Assembly (NCBI RefSeq): GCF_964355755.1
Contig: NC_092671.1
Location: 40,248,304-40,312,303 of the forward strand
DNA: 64,000 bases
Direction: 5' to 3'
DNA from: Antedon mediterranea
Taxonomy: Eukaryota; Animalia; Echinodermata
Below, piece after piece: positions 43,167-58,100 of this stretch. A program made the position numbers and the translations under genes. The notes under the pieces are model-generated. The model worked only from the letters and a program-made list of their open reading frames with translations. It did no database searches and was not told where the DNA came from. The first letter of the stretch is position 1; each line of letters begins with the position of its first letter.

Positions 43167-46100
43167 ATGGATACCCAGAAAAGTAGAATGTCATCTAAAG
43201 GCAGCTTCGATGCAGCAGTGGTAAGTGTGTTTGTCTTAGCAGCGTGGCATTAGGCCTAAGCATTTGTTTTTGTACTATAGGCCTACTTTGTTTCCAATAA
43301 AGTTTATTTTTATTTAAATAAACTGCAGTTCATGTATTAATATTTTGATACATACTGTAAGTCGTATTATTATTTTATTAATACATTTTATTATAGTAAG
43401 TATATATTACTATTATTGTTAACGAGATCGAAATAGAGACCCGTCACACTCTTGCATTGCATATTCTAATCCAGATAATCAGAATTTTAAAATAAAGCTC
43501 TGTCTACACTATCAAACTGGTTTGACAAAAAAGTGTGATGTTCCCAAATATGGTAGTGATTTGTCATCATCATGCCCATATATGGGCACATCACATTAAG
43601 GTTTGACAGTGTAGACAGAGGTTAAGAAATATGCTATTTTATACTACAATACCGTCAATGTGGCTGCTCTATTCAAGGCATACAAATGTTAAATAGATAA
43701 ATATAAATCCAGTAGAACAACATTATCCTATCAATAGATTTAGTAACCAGCTAACCGTGACCTTACTGTACTACTCAATATGTATTTATCTTATTTTATT
43801 TTATGTCTTTAGGCAATGTGGCCAAACCATGTAGACTTATATCATTGAACTTTTAATCGATTCGAACCTAAGTCGTTGGTTAACAAGTCTATTTTACCAT
43901 TCATTGTATCTAATAAGCTGATAATTAAATAAGATTTTTTTTTAGGATTATAAATTTATTGATTTTTTATTAGCTGATGATTTGTAATGCAGTTGCTTTT
44001 TCGTTTTTGTTTGTTTGTTTAGGGGTTGTTGGTATTTGACAAGTTCTTTTACTTTTTTTTCCGATCCCAGAAACAGTTTTTATTTAATATTACCATTTAA
44101 GTTATTGTAAATGTATGCTGCTTTCATTTCTTGAACTGTCTAAATAAATATTGAATGAAACTAAAAATATCACACCGTTTAGGATTTAAACAAAATATTT
44201 GGGAATTTAAGAAATTCAGTCTGTATATTAGCATTCAACCAGCATTTTGTTTGTTATAAAAGAATTCTATCCTAATCAACAGTAAAGTAAGGTAAATCTT
44301 TCTACCCGTCTTTTTACATCTTCACCCAGTATAGTCTATCAAACTTTACCTACAATTCTAAATGTCATTCAGTATATAAATAATCTTTCCATAACTCATA
44401 ACATAAACGAATGTCAATCCGTAGTTTGAAATACGAAGTGTAGATTGTACTCTGTTGACTGTTGTCAGATTCAAATTAAAATAGAAGAACTGTATGTAAG
44501 GAACTTGTATTTTCGTCAGTTTCACCCGGTACCATAAAAAGCAGAGTATGAACAGTCTTTTGAATTACCGAAGACCACAATTTTAGCGTCTTGAGCACTT
44601 TTACTGGATATGTGCGCTTTATAAATTATTTTTTATTATTATTTCAATGAACAATTTCTCATGATGTCTAAAGGGAAGATGGACTGGAATTGAAAGAGAA
44701 AAAACGAATCTGTTTGCAAATGCAACGATGTTTAAAATGAATATCATTTTGTTTTAGTATGTCCATACTACAACAAAATTAGACACTCCTTTTTGGTTAT
44801 CCGCCTCATTAAAACCTTATTATTTTAATCAACCAACAAATAAAAAGTTTATTTTACTAATAAACAACAAAAAGAAAAAAATCATCAATAAAATGGTAAG
44901 ATTTGCTTTTTTCGCATATAAAAATGGATGTAATTATTTTGCTGTTGCTACTACTTAAATGTAATTATGTATTACTATCTATTATTGTATACTTGGGCGC
45001 TCCAGCAGAATACATGAATGACTCAATGAATGTAGTAATAGATTAATGTTTTAATTGCTAAGAACAAAAAACATTTATAGTGTTTAGTTTCAGGTACACC
45101 ACTCCCTCCCAATATATCAGTAGGTCAGCAATATACCATTGTTTGCGTCCATAATCCAAAATCGTTGCTTTAATTTTTGCTGTTTATAATAATAGTTAAA
45201 ACGATTATACTGGATTGCTTCTGACCTCTCATTTAATAACACAGAATATATATATCCTTTATCATTCCTTCCCACGTACAATTTGCTCACCACCAGTCAC
45301 CGGTCCTTTGGAATGCATTCCATTTCTTCTCTGAACACCTTTATTCAGACAGTCAATCCACAGTGATTAGAAGTAATACTAACACGAATTCACTACTACG
45401 ATTACACTTCTAATCTACAATTTAATAATCCGCGCCTCACAATATTCTTTCGGACGCCAGTTGCTCTCCGGTTTACCAGTTTCATTATCACCATTTTATC
45501 AAAGATTTCGCAGTTCGTCTCTGAACACATTTATCTTCAAATTTCCGACAATCTATCCACAGTGATATTTATAACTGTAATTGGATTTTATTGGAATGTA
45601 AATACTGCTTTTTATAAACCAAATTTGTATATTTTTATATTTTATTTGAAGAACTATTGATATCACTCAGTTATAGTGGCATAGGTCGATTTTGTTTTTC
45701 TTGACCTGCCTTTAAAAAAAAGGAAAGAAATGAAATAATGGTTCCTTCAGAGGATCGTTATGACTCTTTAAAAGAGCAAACATTTTGACGAGGTTGTCAG
45801 TTATATTTCGTGAAGCAAGTTTCTTATACTTGACCCAAATATGCATGACGTTATCGACTATTTATAGTATTTCAACAAACAAGCAAACTAATTTCTATCA
45901 ATTGCTATAACTTGTTTATTTTGGAACTTATAGACGAACCTGTATCCGACACGAAAACAGAGCCTGATTGAAGATTCGCATCGAGATTCTGTAGTCAGCA
46001 ATGGCTCTGTAGATCTTACCTCCCTCCCATCATGCGAAAGTGATGACGTGTTTCCGGACGAGTATGAGGGGGAAAACAACGTGGATGCAGAAAAAAAGAA

Positions 46101-49100
46101 GCAGTGTGTGACGTTTACGGCCAAGGATGACCTAGGGTTTGCTTCTCTCACCCACGCATTGAGAATATTTGAGGTAATTTTTATTTAATGACACATGGAT
46201 GAATTAATATTATTACATTTTAAATAGACCAGAACGTCACGATTTACTTTTTTTACTTAAATATCTTACAATAGCTCATCTATTATCTATTGCCATGTTT
46301 ATTGATCTTTCCAAAGCTTTTAATATCTTGAACAGCGTCCTTCTTTGTCCGACTATACTTTTAATAGCTTGACGTATTTCTTTTTAAAAGAACAAATTAA
46401 CCGACTATGGAATTGTCGAAAACCTGGGCATAATCTTTTTAAAAGGTAAATTTCCAACCGTGACCAATGTACTAACTCCGATTTCGATCCATTCCAGGGC
46501 TCTCTTCTCGGACCTCTTTTTTATGTCAACGATTTGTATTTGCTTCCACAATTCTTTCACTTTCTGATTTTTTTTTCGCCCTTTCTCTCTTTTCACTGTT
46601 ATACTCTTTATTTTGATTATATTTACTTATTAATTAATTAATTTATATTGGGGTTTTTTCAGAGATTAAGCTCTTTTTAAATTTATTATTTTTATTCAAA
46701 GATTGAAAGGAAATGTTTAATAACATTTAAATGTACATAACAATCTATATAGTAATTATGTTCAATATAATTGCTTGCAATGTTAGTTTGCGATGCTCTC
46801 AAAACAGTGTGACTTCATTATGTATCCCCATGCTACTTTAATCAAAATGTGGATTGTGATTACCCCAAATTTACACAAGTGAGAAGAAATATTTACATGA
46901 GCCACTAAAAATTAGGAAAACCCGATGCACAAGTGTATGCATTAGTAAGTTAATATCTTGTCAGAGGCATTTTGTGTTTTAACTAGTATGGTCTACGCGT
47001 AATGATGTCAGCCTTCAATGAGACGGACACTAGTCCGGATATTGCAAAACAGAACTCGTGCAATATTAATTACGCTAAGAAAATTAGGCGAGGGTTAATT
47101 CATGACTGGAAGGTAAATTTCTCGTCGTTTTATACACATTGTATGGACGGGTTAATGCCAATGGATTACGTTTATTATTCATTCTACAATGTTAATGTTG
47201 TTCTAGTAGGAGAGGAAATTTGCCTTAAGGGGTAATTGGGTTAGGGGTAGTTAAGTTGTCCGGGTGGTAGTTAAGTTGTCCGGGTGGTAGTTAAGTTGTC
47301 CGGTGGTAGTTATAAGTTTTACGGTGGTAGTTGGGTTAGGGGTAGTTAAGTTGTCCGGTGGTAGTTGGGTTAGGGGTAGTTAAGTTGTCCGGTGGTAGTT
47401 GGGTTAGGAGTAGTTAAGTTTACCGGGTGGTAGTTGTCGTAGTGGTAGTGGTCCGTGCCTACCCAAATATGGTATAGTGATATGCTCAAATATGTCCATA
47501 TATGGGTACATCACATTTTTTTGTCACATAAAGTGAAATAGTGTAGACAGGGCTTAATGACACACGGATAAATGAAAAATATTATTATTATTATTGCAAT
47601 ACGTCTTTTTATTTAGTAGATTAGAACGTCACGATTTACTTAATTACCTTAACAAAAGGATACAATAGCTCAGCTCTCGTTGATCTGATTAAGCACCTAT
47701 TTATAGGTTCATGATCGGAATTATCAATGCATTTGACCGAACCGAAACTTATCTATTGGCATTTTTATTGATCTTTCCAAAGCTTTTAATATCTTGACCA
47801 CCGCTCTTCTTTGTCCAATTATACTTTTAATATCTTGACTATTGCGTTCTTCTTTTTAAAATAACAAATTAACCGACTATGAAATTGTGGAGGACCTTGG
47901 CATAATCTTTTTAAATACTATATTTCCAACCTTGACCCGATGTACTAATCTCTGATTTCGACCCATTTCAAGGCTCTCTTCTCGGACCTCTTTTCAGTTG
48001 TCCTAGTGGTAATTGGGTTAGGGGTAGTTAAGTTTTCCTGGTGGTAGTGGTTCGGGTGGTAGTTGTCCAGGTAGTAGTTGCCCTGGATTTGGTTGATGAT
48101 GTCACTTCTTCATGCCTCCAAACACCGTTTTGTGTCCGTATGTCAACTCGCATCATAGCTTTACAATTATTGTCTGTGTCTATAAATCATGTTACCCTTG
48201 TTTCTATATAGGACATATAATATTCAAGTTGGGATGATGCCACCGGGTGATATTATGCGTGCACTGTCTTATGAAAAACATGTTTTCGGAAAGGATGAAC
48301 AGTAGGCCTATTTAGAAATTAATCAATATTTTAATTAAAGTTCTTAACTACACTTCAGGGAAGTACGACCCAAGGGTAAAGACAGAGAAACGATTATGAT
48401 GCTGTATTTCTGATTAAAAACAGTTTTATTTAGGTCTGAGCTTGTATAGAAAATATTTGACTTGTGTATGACAGCAATTACGTCATGTACAATGTTACCC
48501 ATCAAAAACTAATTTCTTTATCGACAAGGTTCGTTTATGCTCAAAATAGGGACTAGAGAAATGCAAAATATATCGTCTGAAACAATCAATGGAGATTTCG
48601 AATTGATTGCAATCTTAATCATTTCTTCTTTTCATTTCAAAATACATTTCTCGATTATATATAAATGAGAAATCGTTATATTTTAATTATGATTCGAGAA
48701 ACGTGCAGAGAATTAGACTAGTTACGCCGTCAATGAGCAACCTGACGTCGCTATCTGGCTGTGTCTTATCTTGAATTAAAAACACTGATCATCTATAACC
48801 TTAGGCCTATTTGCCTTTTACGCAGTCAGAAATATTGTGTTCACGCAAAATTGCCGATTCTTTTTGCACGCACACGTCACCGCCACTTGACGTGTTCTTA
48901 CATTTGGTGACACTACCTAACCGTCCCTACCCCACCAGTAGCAACATACACTTGTTTTTTTTAAAAAGCGATTGTACACACACCAACAACTTGACGTTTC
49001 TCTAAATTTGGTGAGACTGTCCCCACTCACAAACACTGTACCCCATAGAAGCACTTGTCGTACGTGCGTGTAAACGCTGATGTGTATTTTTTGTAGCGCC

Positions 49101-52100
49101 TGTCGTCAACATTACTTTATACGTCGTAGTGTTGTCATCGCCACGCCATCTTTAGATCTTCAATACGATGCATCTGGAGCTAGACACCACCATTCTTTGC
49201 ACCAGAGTTCCAAGGGGCCCAAAGTGGCCCATGGTCATTATTGGTTGTCTGGTTTTGCGCCTAAAATCCCCATATGGGTCCCTTATAAGGAAGTGTACTA
49301 AGTTACGATATTAACTAAAAAGGCTGGTACCTGTAGTTTTTCTAGAAAAGTTAATTACAAATATTTGTTTAGGTTTTGTTTCGTTCTTGATCTAGTTGAT
49401 GTAGACAGGACAAAATATACAATAGTACATTCTCGTTGGGAATGTTGCAATAGCATTCACGTAGGCCTACATTTAATAATTCTGAATTTTACAAATAAGA
49501 GATAATTTGAGTTAAAAAGTTCATTCATTCATTCATTCAGTATACTGTCAGGATGTATAAACTACGTACGAGAATCGAGTGTACAGCTGGCCTTAAATAT
49601 AAAATATATACATTGTGGAGGTACGCCTTTTTTTAAATATAAGGTTCATTTTATAAATGTTTCGTCAGTAATATACTGGATATTAGGTCTATTATTAGGC
49701 AACCATTTGTATTATACTAGCCTAGGCCTTTAGTTAAGTAATCCCTCATATGGTTCTTTCAGAGTAACCCATGTGTAGATCTGTCAATATTTTACTGACG
49801 GGCCCCAATGTATACGATAAGGTTTGGGCATATACGTGTTTAGTCTTTAAATCTACATATGGGTAAAATATGGCGTTGCTCATATGAAATTACCATTGAA
49901 TCCACTTATAGATAAAATTAAATGAATGTATGCGTATAATAAATAAAGATAATTTAAAAATTGTTTATGAATTTTTCCTTCTAAAAATGTCGCTGCTAAT
50001 TTTAAACTGAACCTACCACTACTTTTTGGTTAATAAACTTTAATTCGCATTTTCAAATACCATGTTAAACTTCCTGGCTTGTTTCATATGCTTTACGAGT
50101 TATTATATAAATTATACATACATAATTTACACGTCTGTTTTTATGCGCTTCATTTACCGTTTACGCGTTTCATTTACCGTTTACGCGTTTTATTTACCTT
50201 TACGCGTTTCATTCATCGTTTATGCGTTTCTATTTTTGGTTTAGTTTTTTTGTCAACAGTTATTTTTATTTCAATATGACATGAATACTGTTTACGCGTT
50301 CCATTTACCGTTTATGCTTTTCATTTACCGTTTATGCGTTATGTAAGAACGATGATGCTGCCATTTTTTATTTTCAGTATGCACGGCAGTGAAGAGGATC
50401 ATTGCTTATAGTTATACTTAAGATGTATACAACTGTGCTATCTAAACAACTGCTGTTACCATGAAATATCAATTATTTCCAACTTTTTTATTAATTACAT
50501 TAAATACATACGCTGGCGCTTTAAGTTTAATAACAATACGTGCAGGGTTTTTAAACACACAATGATATTGTAATTTGGTAAGAACACTTATGTGGTACCT
50601 CCTACTAATACAATCTATTCACCTAATGTTGGATTAAACTGCATTACAATGCACACGTGTTAACTAAACACTCATATAACAATATTCGAAATCAAGGTAT
50701 AATTACTGAATAGTTGATAATAATAAAAACAACCGGAACTATACGCCAAGTAGACATACTAATTCAAAGCAAATAATTGATCGATTTTTACGTCAAAGCA
50801 CGGGGTTTGATCACTTGCCTGAAATTCAAATATGTAAAAGACGCTGATGATAAAGAAGTCTTTGCAAAGTGTAATTGCAATGTAGGTGATCATAAAACGA
50901 ACTTGTTGGACAATTTCCAATTCAAGTTTCTATTCATTAAAACCATGTAGTTTTTAATCTGAATGTTGACGTCAGCAAGTTTTTTTTTTAATATATAATA
51001 ATAATAACACATTTGTAAACATTAATTTGATTGCGATGATTGCTGTGGCCGGCATTATCAACATTATCAATCAATGTCTCGTCTTCATAAACACAATAAT
51101 AACATCGTATTTATTGTACTGGTTATCTACAAATAACTACTGTACATACGTACGTCTCACTAGCGACGCAACGCAAAAACGTAACGCAAAGTGATTTGAC
51201 CAATCACAAGCGATGGATCATTCAAACAATGGCTTGTCATTGGTCAACTCGCTTGCCTTGCCCGTACGTCCTTGCGTTGCGTCTCTAGTGGGAATCACAC
51301 TTAACCCAAACCATGGAGAAATAAAACTAACACAAACGTCTTTTATGAGGCCAACACTGCCTAAACAAATGGCTTTAACTGGAGATCATGTATCTTACTG
51401 GGATCCTGCCTTCTTCCTTTTCTCCCAGATTTATTGTAATTTGTATATATTATGTTTTATTTATTCCATTATTGTTTCAATCTTAAAAAGAAGTAAATGA
51501 ATGTTTTTTTTTTAATTTAATTTTGTTGTTGTTGACTGATATATATTTTTGTTTTGTTTCAGAAATGCCAAATGAAAGTGACTCACGTTGAAAGTAGAAG
51601 TCGCAACAATAATGTTGAATTTCTTGTTGAGTGTGAAACACGAAGTGGGTGGTACAAAGTTCTTCCTAAAAACCTCAAACAAGTTGTAAATAACGTCACT
51701 ATACATCGCAAAGACGCAATTCAACGAAGTGAGTTTGTTTACTTATTTGTAACATCATTTATAAAAAGACAAATTTCATCAACTATCTTGGTAATCATGT
51801 TTTGAATTTGGTTGTTTATTTTCCTGATTTTCAGTCTGTGATATTTGGTGATATTAAATTTGTCGTAACACGATACCCTATTTCCTAAACGCTTATTCGT
51901 AACCACTCAATAATGTATTTAAAACAATACCACGTGGTTATTGGTAAACACGATCAAGTATCTACACACCTACACACTCCCACGCTATTCATTACAATAC
52001 ATTAATTAAATTTAGTATTTTATTCAAATATCAAGTGGGTATACAAACAAATAAACAATACATTAAAACATGTACTGCTCATTGCCACTGATGACGTCAG

Positions 52101-55100
52101 TAGTATATTAACATTAAGTCATTTAATTTAGAATTTAGATTCTACGCGTATTTTTAATTATCTTTCATTTTGTTCATTCTTCTTTACTTAAATTGTGACT
52201 CCGGGGTTATAGTTCTATATTTACCTTCTTTGTTTTCTACCCTTACTGTCTCCACCACCCTTACTGTCTCCGCCCTCTATTCACCAGCCTTCTACCCTTA
52301 CTGTCTCTACCCTCTATTCACCAGCCTTCTACCCTTACTGTCTCCACCCTCTATTCACCAGCCTTCTACCCTTACTGTCTCTACCCTCTATTCACCAGCC
52401 TTCTACCCTTACTGTCTCCACCCTCTATTCACCAGCCTTCTACCCTTACTGTCTCCACCCTCTATTCACCAGCCCCCTTACTGTCTCCACCCTCTATTCA
52501 CCAGCCTTCTACCCTTACTGTCTCCACCCTCTATTCACCAGCCTTCTACCCTTACTGTCTCCACCCTCTATTCACCAGCCTTCTACCCTTACTGTCTCCA
52601 GCCTCTATTCACCAGCCTTCTACCCTTACTGTCTCCACCCTCTATTCACCAGCCTTCTACATATGGATTCCTTTGGTGCACTAATCCAAAAACGTCTTCC
52701 GCACGATATTGTTCCTATTCTAAGTGCATGGAGGAAACTACTTTTTTTCACATTTATACTTGTAAAATCTTTATCTCGCATAGTATACATTAGTTCTCAT
52801 ACTATGTTGAAGCTAAGGTATTGTACTTTCTGACTATGTATTTAAAAAATAAATTTTTGATAGCTGGAAATCGCGAATTTACATTAAACATACCCTGTCC
52901 CGGCCAAAAAACAGCCGATTCCTGTGTGAAATTCGCGTTTTTCGCTGATGTATAGTTTTGAAATTGCCACAACTTTGAACAGCGTCCTCTTAAAACTTAG
53001 TTCTTTTAACATCGTAGTCTCCTATACAGTGGCTTTCTAACCATGTAATATTTTTTTTGATTGGATTATGGTGAGACCCGCGAAAATTTGATTACTAAAC
53101 AGCATATTTTTGGGAAATTCCGCGCGAAATTCTCTTATGTGTACTATTGGCCTGTGTTTGATACCCAAATGTGAGTATATTCTGCTTATTTTCATTACAA
53201 TTTGTTAATCAATATTGTAGTTAAAGTCATATAAAATAATTCTGTGTAATTTTTTTAGAGAAAATACGCAATAATACCACCTAAATAGTCTATAAGCTAC
53301 TAGCCCTTTTAAGTGTATACAACAAATTTCGCATCGGCCATTGTCTAACATAGGCTAGGCTAGGCCAGCGTTGCCAGCGATAAAATTTAAATTATGCCGT
53401 ATCCTGTCTCAAATAATGCCAGATTGGGAAAAATAATGCCAGATCCCCAAAATGTGGCCCTAAACAGCGCCACCAACGGTTGTATGTCTAATAAACGTTT
53501 GTAAAACCCCAACTGACACAAAATAGGGCCTAAATTGTATCCCTATGTCGTTCAAAAATTGTATTTTTAGTTTTGTGAGTAATAACTAATAATTCTAAAA
53601 ATATCTGGGGTGCGAAAATGGTAATTGCAAATGACACAAACACCAATCCACGAACCCTTCTCCCCCCCCCACCCCCCACAAAAAAAAACCTGTTACAGCC
53701 ATGGAAATTTAGAATTTTTGAGCTGAAATATGAGAGCTGCTCGATCTTTGCACTTAATTTCAAATATGAAAGGATCTTAGCCCACCATAATTAGAAAATG
53801 GCAATTATAATTTAAAATAGGAAATAAAAATATATATTAAGTGTCTCCAGGACCTCAGCCCCACCGTGGTTGATAAGAAAATTTTGAAAAATGCTGATGG
53901 CCAGAAATGCCACTTAATTTAAAATATGAAATAAAAATATATTTATTAGTGTCTCCAGGATCTTATCCCACCATAGTTCGAAAATGGCAATTATAATTGA
54001 AAATAGGAAATCAAAATAATTATATATTAAAAAAGTGTCTCCAGGACCTCAGCCCCACCATGGTTGGGACTGAGGTACAAACATTTGGAAAATAGAGCTG
54101 CTCGATGGCCGGAAAATGGCACTTAATTTCAGATATGAAATAAAAATATATTTATTAGTACCTCCAGGATCTTAGCCCACCATAGTTCGAAAATGGCAAT
54201 TATAATCTAAAATAGGAAATAAAAATATATATAAGTGTCTCCAGGACCTCAGCTCCACCATGGCTGGTGCTGAGGTAAGAAAATTTGGAAAAATAGAGCT
54301 GCTCAATGGGCGAAAATGGCACTTAATTTCAAATATGAAATAAAAATATATTTATTAGTACCTCCAGGATCTTAGCCCATCATAGTTTTGAAAATGGCAA
54401 TTATAATTTAAAATAGGAAATAAAAATATATATAAGTGTCTCCAGGACCTCAGCTCCACCATGGATGGTGCTGAGGTAAGAAAATTTGGAAAAATAGAGC
54501 TGCTCAATGGGCGAAAATGGCACTTAATTTCAAATATGAAATAAAAATATATTTATTAGTACCTCCAGGATCTTAGCCCATCATAGTTTTGAAAATGGCA
54601 ATTATAATTTAAAATAGGAAATAAAAATATATATTAAGTGTCTCCATGACGTAAGCCCCACCATGGTTGGGGCTGAGGTAAAAAAAATTGGAAAAATAGA
54701 GCTGCTCGATGGGCGGAAATGGCACTTAATTTTAAATAAAAATTACCTCGCCCACATGGTCACTACTGGGGCTGAGAGGTGAAGAACATTTGGAAAAATA
54801 GGGTTGCTACGACGATGCAAATGGAACATAATTTGAAATATGGAAAACAAATTCTCCTAGAAGAAATTCTTTTTAAAATTAGAGCTTATAGTTACTGGAA
54901 ATTGCCATTTCAAGGGTTGGGGTAGGGGTGCAGCCACTTATTATGAACTGAAACAACAAAACCCCTTTCATAATGTTTTCGTTAAATTGTCTCTATATCT
55001 GGGGATCCAATAACCTGCATGGTCTCTGAAATAGAGCAACATAATTGGCCAATAGCTAGCCTCTTCGGATTTGTTGTGCTGCCTATATCGCACACACGGT

Positions 55101-58100
55101 AGTTTTCGAGCAGCCTTCCTATCCGAAGAGTCTATTTAAGTCCGAAACAAAAGGATGGAAGAACTATTGTACGGAAAACCCGAACAGATCTGTTTTGTAC
55201 GATATGATATTGTGTAAGGTGATATGTATTAAATTGCAAGATTAAACAAAATATTTTTGTTCTGTGGTATATTATTTTTTTGGTTGTTCAAAAAACACAA
55301 AATTATGCCAGATTATGCTAAAAACGGCTAAATAATGCCGCGGCATTATGCCAGATGCCGTGAGCCTCTAAATAATGCCAAAAAGCATAATAATGCCAGA
55401 AATGGCAACTATGGGCTAGGCTGGATTGGTAGCGGGTTATTCCATTTTATCAAAGGGAAATATAATGAACATAAGTAGGCAATAATTATGTTTCTTCTTA
55501 GTAAAGTTAGAATTAATATATCTAAGGGACTATTTAACAGTGATTTGGACTATATATATGACCTTTTTATACATATATATTATGTGGTGGTTTCTATAAA
55601 GTTTGAATTGAAACTGGCCTACCTGTTTATTTGCAATTTGTTCATTTGTTAATTGGTGTGAGAATATGAACTTAATACTTAATATTACTAAAACCAAAGA
55701 GATGATAATAGATTTTCGTAAAACCGCAGTTGAACATAATGTAATAACTATTTAAGAAACCGAGGTTGAAATTTCTTGAATCTTAAATCAATTCAATTGA
55801 CCTTATAAACAATTTACCTATTTTGAGAATGGAATAGTCTAAACAGTACACTGCTCAGCAGAATATTTGTGGCTGTGTGCACTGATCTGTGACGAGTGCC
55901 AAAATAGCTGTTTTCTGAATTGTCCTTTTTCGCTAAAAGGAATTCATATGCCCTTACTGTCTCCACCCTCTATTCACCAGCGTTCTACCCTTACTTTCTC
56001 CACCCTCTATTCACCAGCCTTCTACCCTTACTGTCTCCACCCTCTATTCACCAGCCTTCTACCCTTACTGTCTCCACCCTCTATTCACCAGCCTTCTACC
56101 CTTACTGTCTCTACCCTCTATTCAACATTCTACCCTTACTGTTTCCACCCTCTATTCACCAGCCTGTGACTATTTTGTTTTATTTCTTTTATTCCTGTCC
56201 ACTCAGGCAGCGCTTGACCGATATATATATCTATCTATCTTTGTCCAAGGACCTTCACTTGCACTGATGAATGGCTGGTGTTGCCCAAAAGCTCTGCTAA
56301 CTTTTCTGGCTGTTTTACTTTATCGTTTTGATTTAGCTTTGTGTTTATTTTATACATACTAGCATTGTATCGATAATTTCTCTTCTGAAATTTGCTCCTG
56401 TTATTTATCATCACCATTCCCAACACTTTAATTAATTAATAGCGCAATTTTTAAAATGTCGTCTGTCATAATTTCAGTTCCATGGTTCCCGCGTAAAATC
56501 ACAGATCTTGATAAATGTAACCACTTGATGTCACATTTTGAGCCTGATCTAGATCAAGACCATCCGGTAAGTTTCATTTTAATACTTATATAAAAGAAAT
56601 TCTAACTTCTTCAGGGTCAGGAACTGTCAACTTGATATGGAGTGTTTTTAAAAATTATATAATTTATGAGTTTTGCTAGGATATGAAATGGTGACTTGTG
56701 CTACCATCCTAATTGTTCAATATATTTTTTTTTATTATTATTACTCAACTATTTTGGAAAAAAATGCATTAAAGTTGATGATACCAGCAATGATAAACTG
56801 ACTGGTTTGTATGGAAATATAAACATGTCAATCTATCTATAGAGTTACCGGAATATATATGACGTTAAAAATGATTTAAATAAATAACCTACTAAAAAAA
56901 TTGACATTCATGTAGTCAGCTTAATTATGAACAAGTAAGCGAAAGGTCAAACATACGTAACTGAAGTTAGTTCCCACAATGCAATTCAAGGCGTGGCGCA
57001 ATGCTTAAAGCTTGGTTTCTATTGGAAACAACCAATCACACATCGTGCCGATTGGTCCTTGCGTTGCGTCGGTCCAAGCTGCGCTTCTTGTGCGCGCGTT
57101 GTTTGCTCTTAACTTAATTTTTATTTTTCTGGGTTCTTAACACTGTTGGTGCAATGGGGGTTCTGATACAATAACCTTCTCCCCTAAACTGCTCTGTAGG
57201 TCATGCGTTACGTATTGAGTTTTGATACGCTTTAATAGTATAAATCCAACTCAATAATACCGTAGTTTGATGCGAACTGAAATACGATTTGGCTATTTAA
57301 AGTTTTAAATCTTAAACTAATGACAATTATGATTATGACATCAAATAATTAACGATAAATCTTCAGAGATTGTTAAACCATTGTCCAACATATATTCATA
57401 ATTAAACGATGGATTGATTTCAGTTTGTTTGTATTGTTCAGTATTCTGGGAAATTTCTATAGCTTAGCATTTATCGGTGGAAAATTACTTCCATTTATTA
57501 TCATTTGCATATAAAATATACATAGAAATTATGTTTGCTATGAGATATACAAAAACAGTTAAGATACAAGTTCGAATAATCCATCGCTTGTGATTGGTCA
57601 AATCACTTACGCTGAGCTTGCGTTGCGTCCTAGTGGGAACCAAGCTTTAATAAGCGTAAACCTATAGAAGTGATATTATACAAGTTCGTATACCAGGTTT
57701 GTTGTTGTTGAAAGTTGACAATTATTTAGTTTTTGTAATGCTGTACAAGATGTCATCTAGATAATGTATAGTAACCTTACTCTTTATTAAGTCATAGCTC
57801 CGTACGTGATTGTAATAATACAGGATATTAATTACGTATTTAGCTTTAATAAATAATATTCAATGTGTTCAATAATATACATTGATTATGATTAATTTAA
57901 CGCATTGTTGTGGATAGGGGCGTTCCTCTTTCAAGGATGAATAAATAATTGAAGTGGATTTGATTATAACACTATATTTACGTTTTGATATTAAGACAGT
58001 CGACCGTCAGGTACAAATGAAGAAATTAATTCTGAAATTAGTAACAAACTAAAGCTCTGTCTACACTATCAAACTAGTTTGAAAAAAAAGTGTGATGTAC

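Noticed and set aside
47229-47455. Interstitial telomere
   Set aside because: Only isolated GGGTTAGGG motifs within a longer composite unit; no (TTAGGG)n run.
52170-52793. 207-aa proline-rich ORF (also 55867-56267)
   Set aside because: Translation of the 37-bp minisatellite inside a TH intron.
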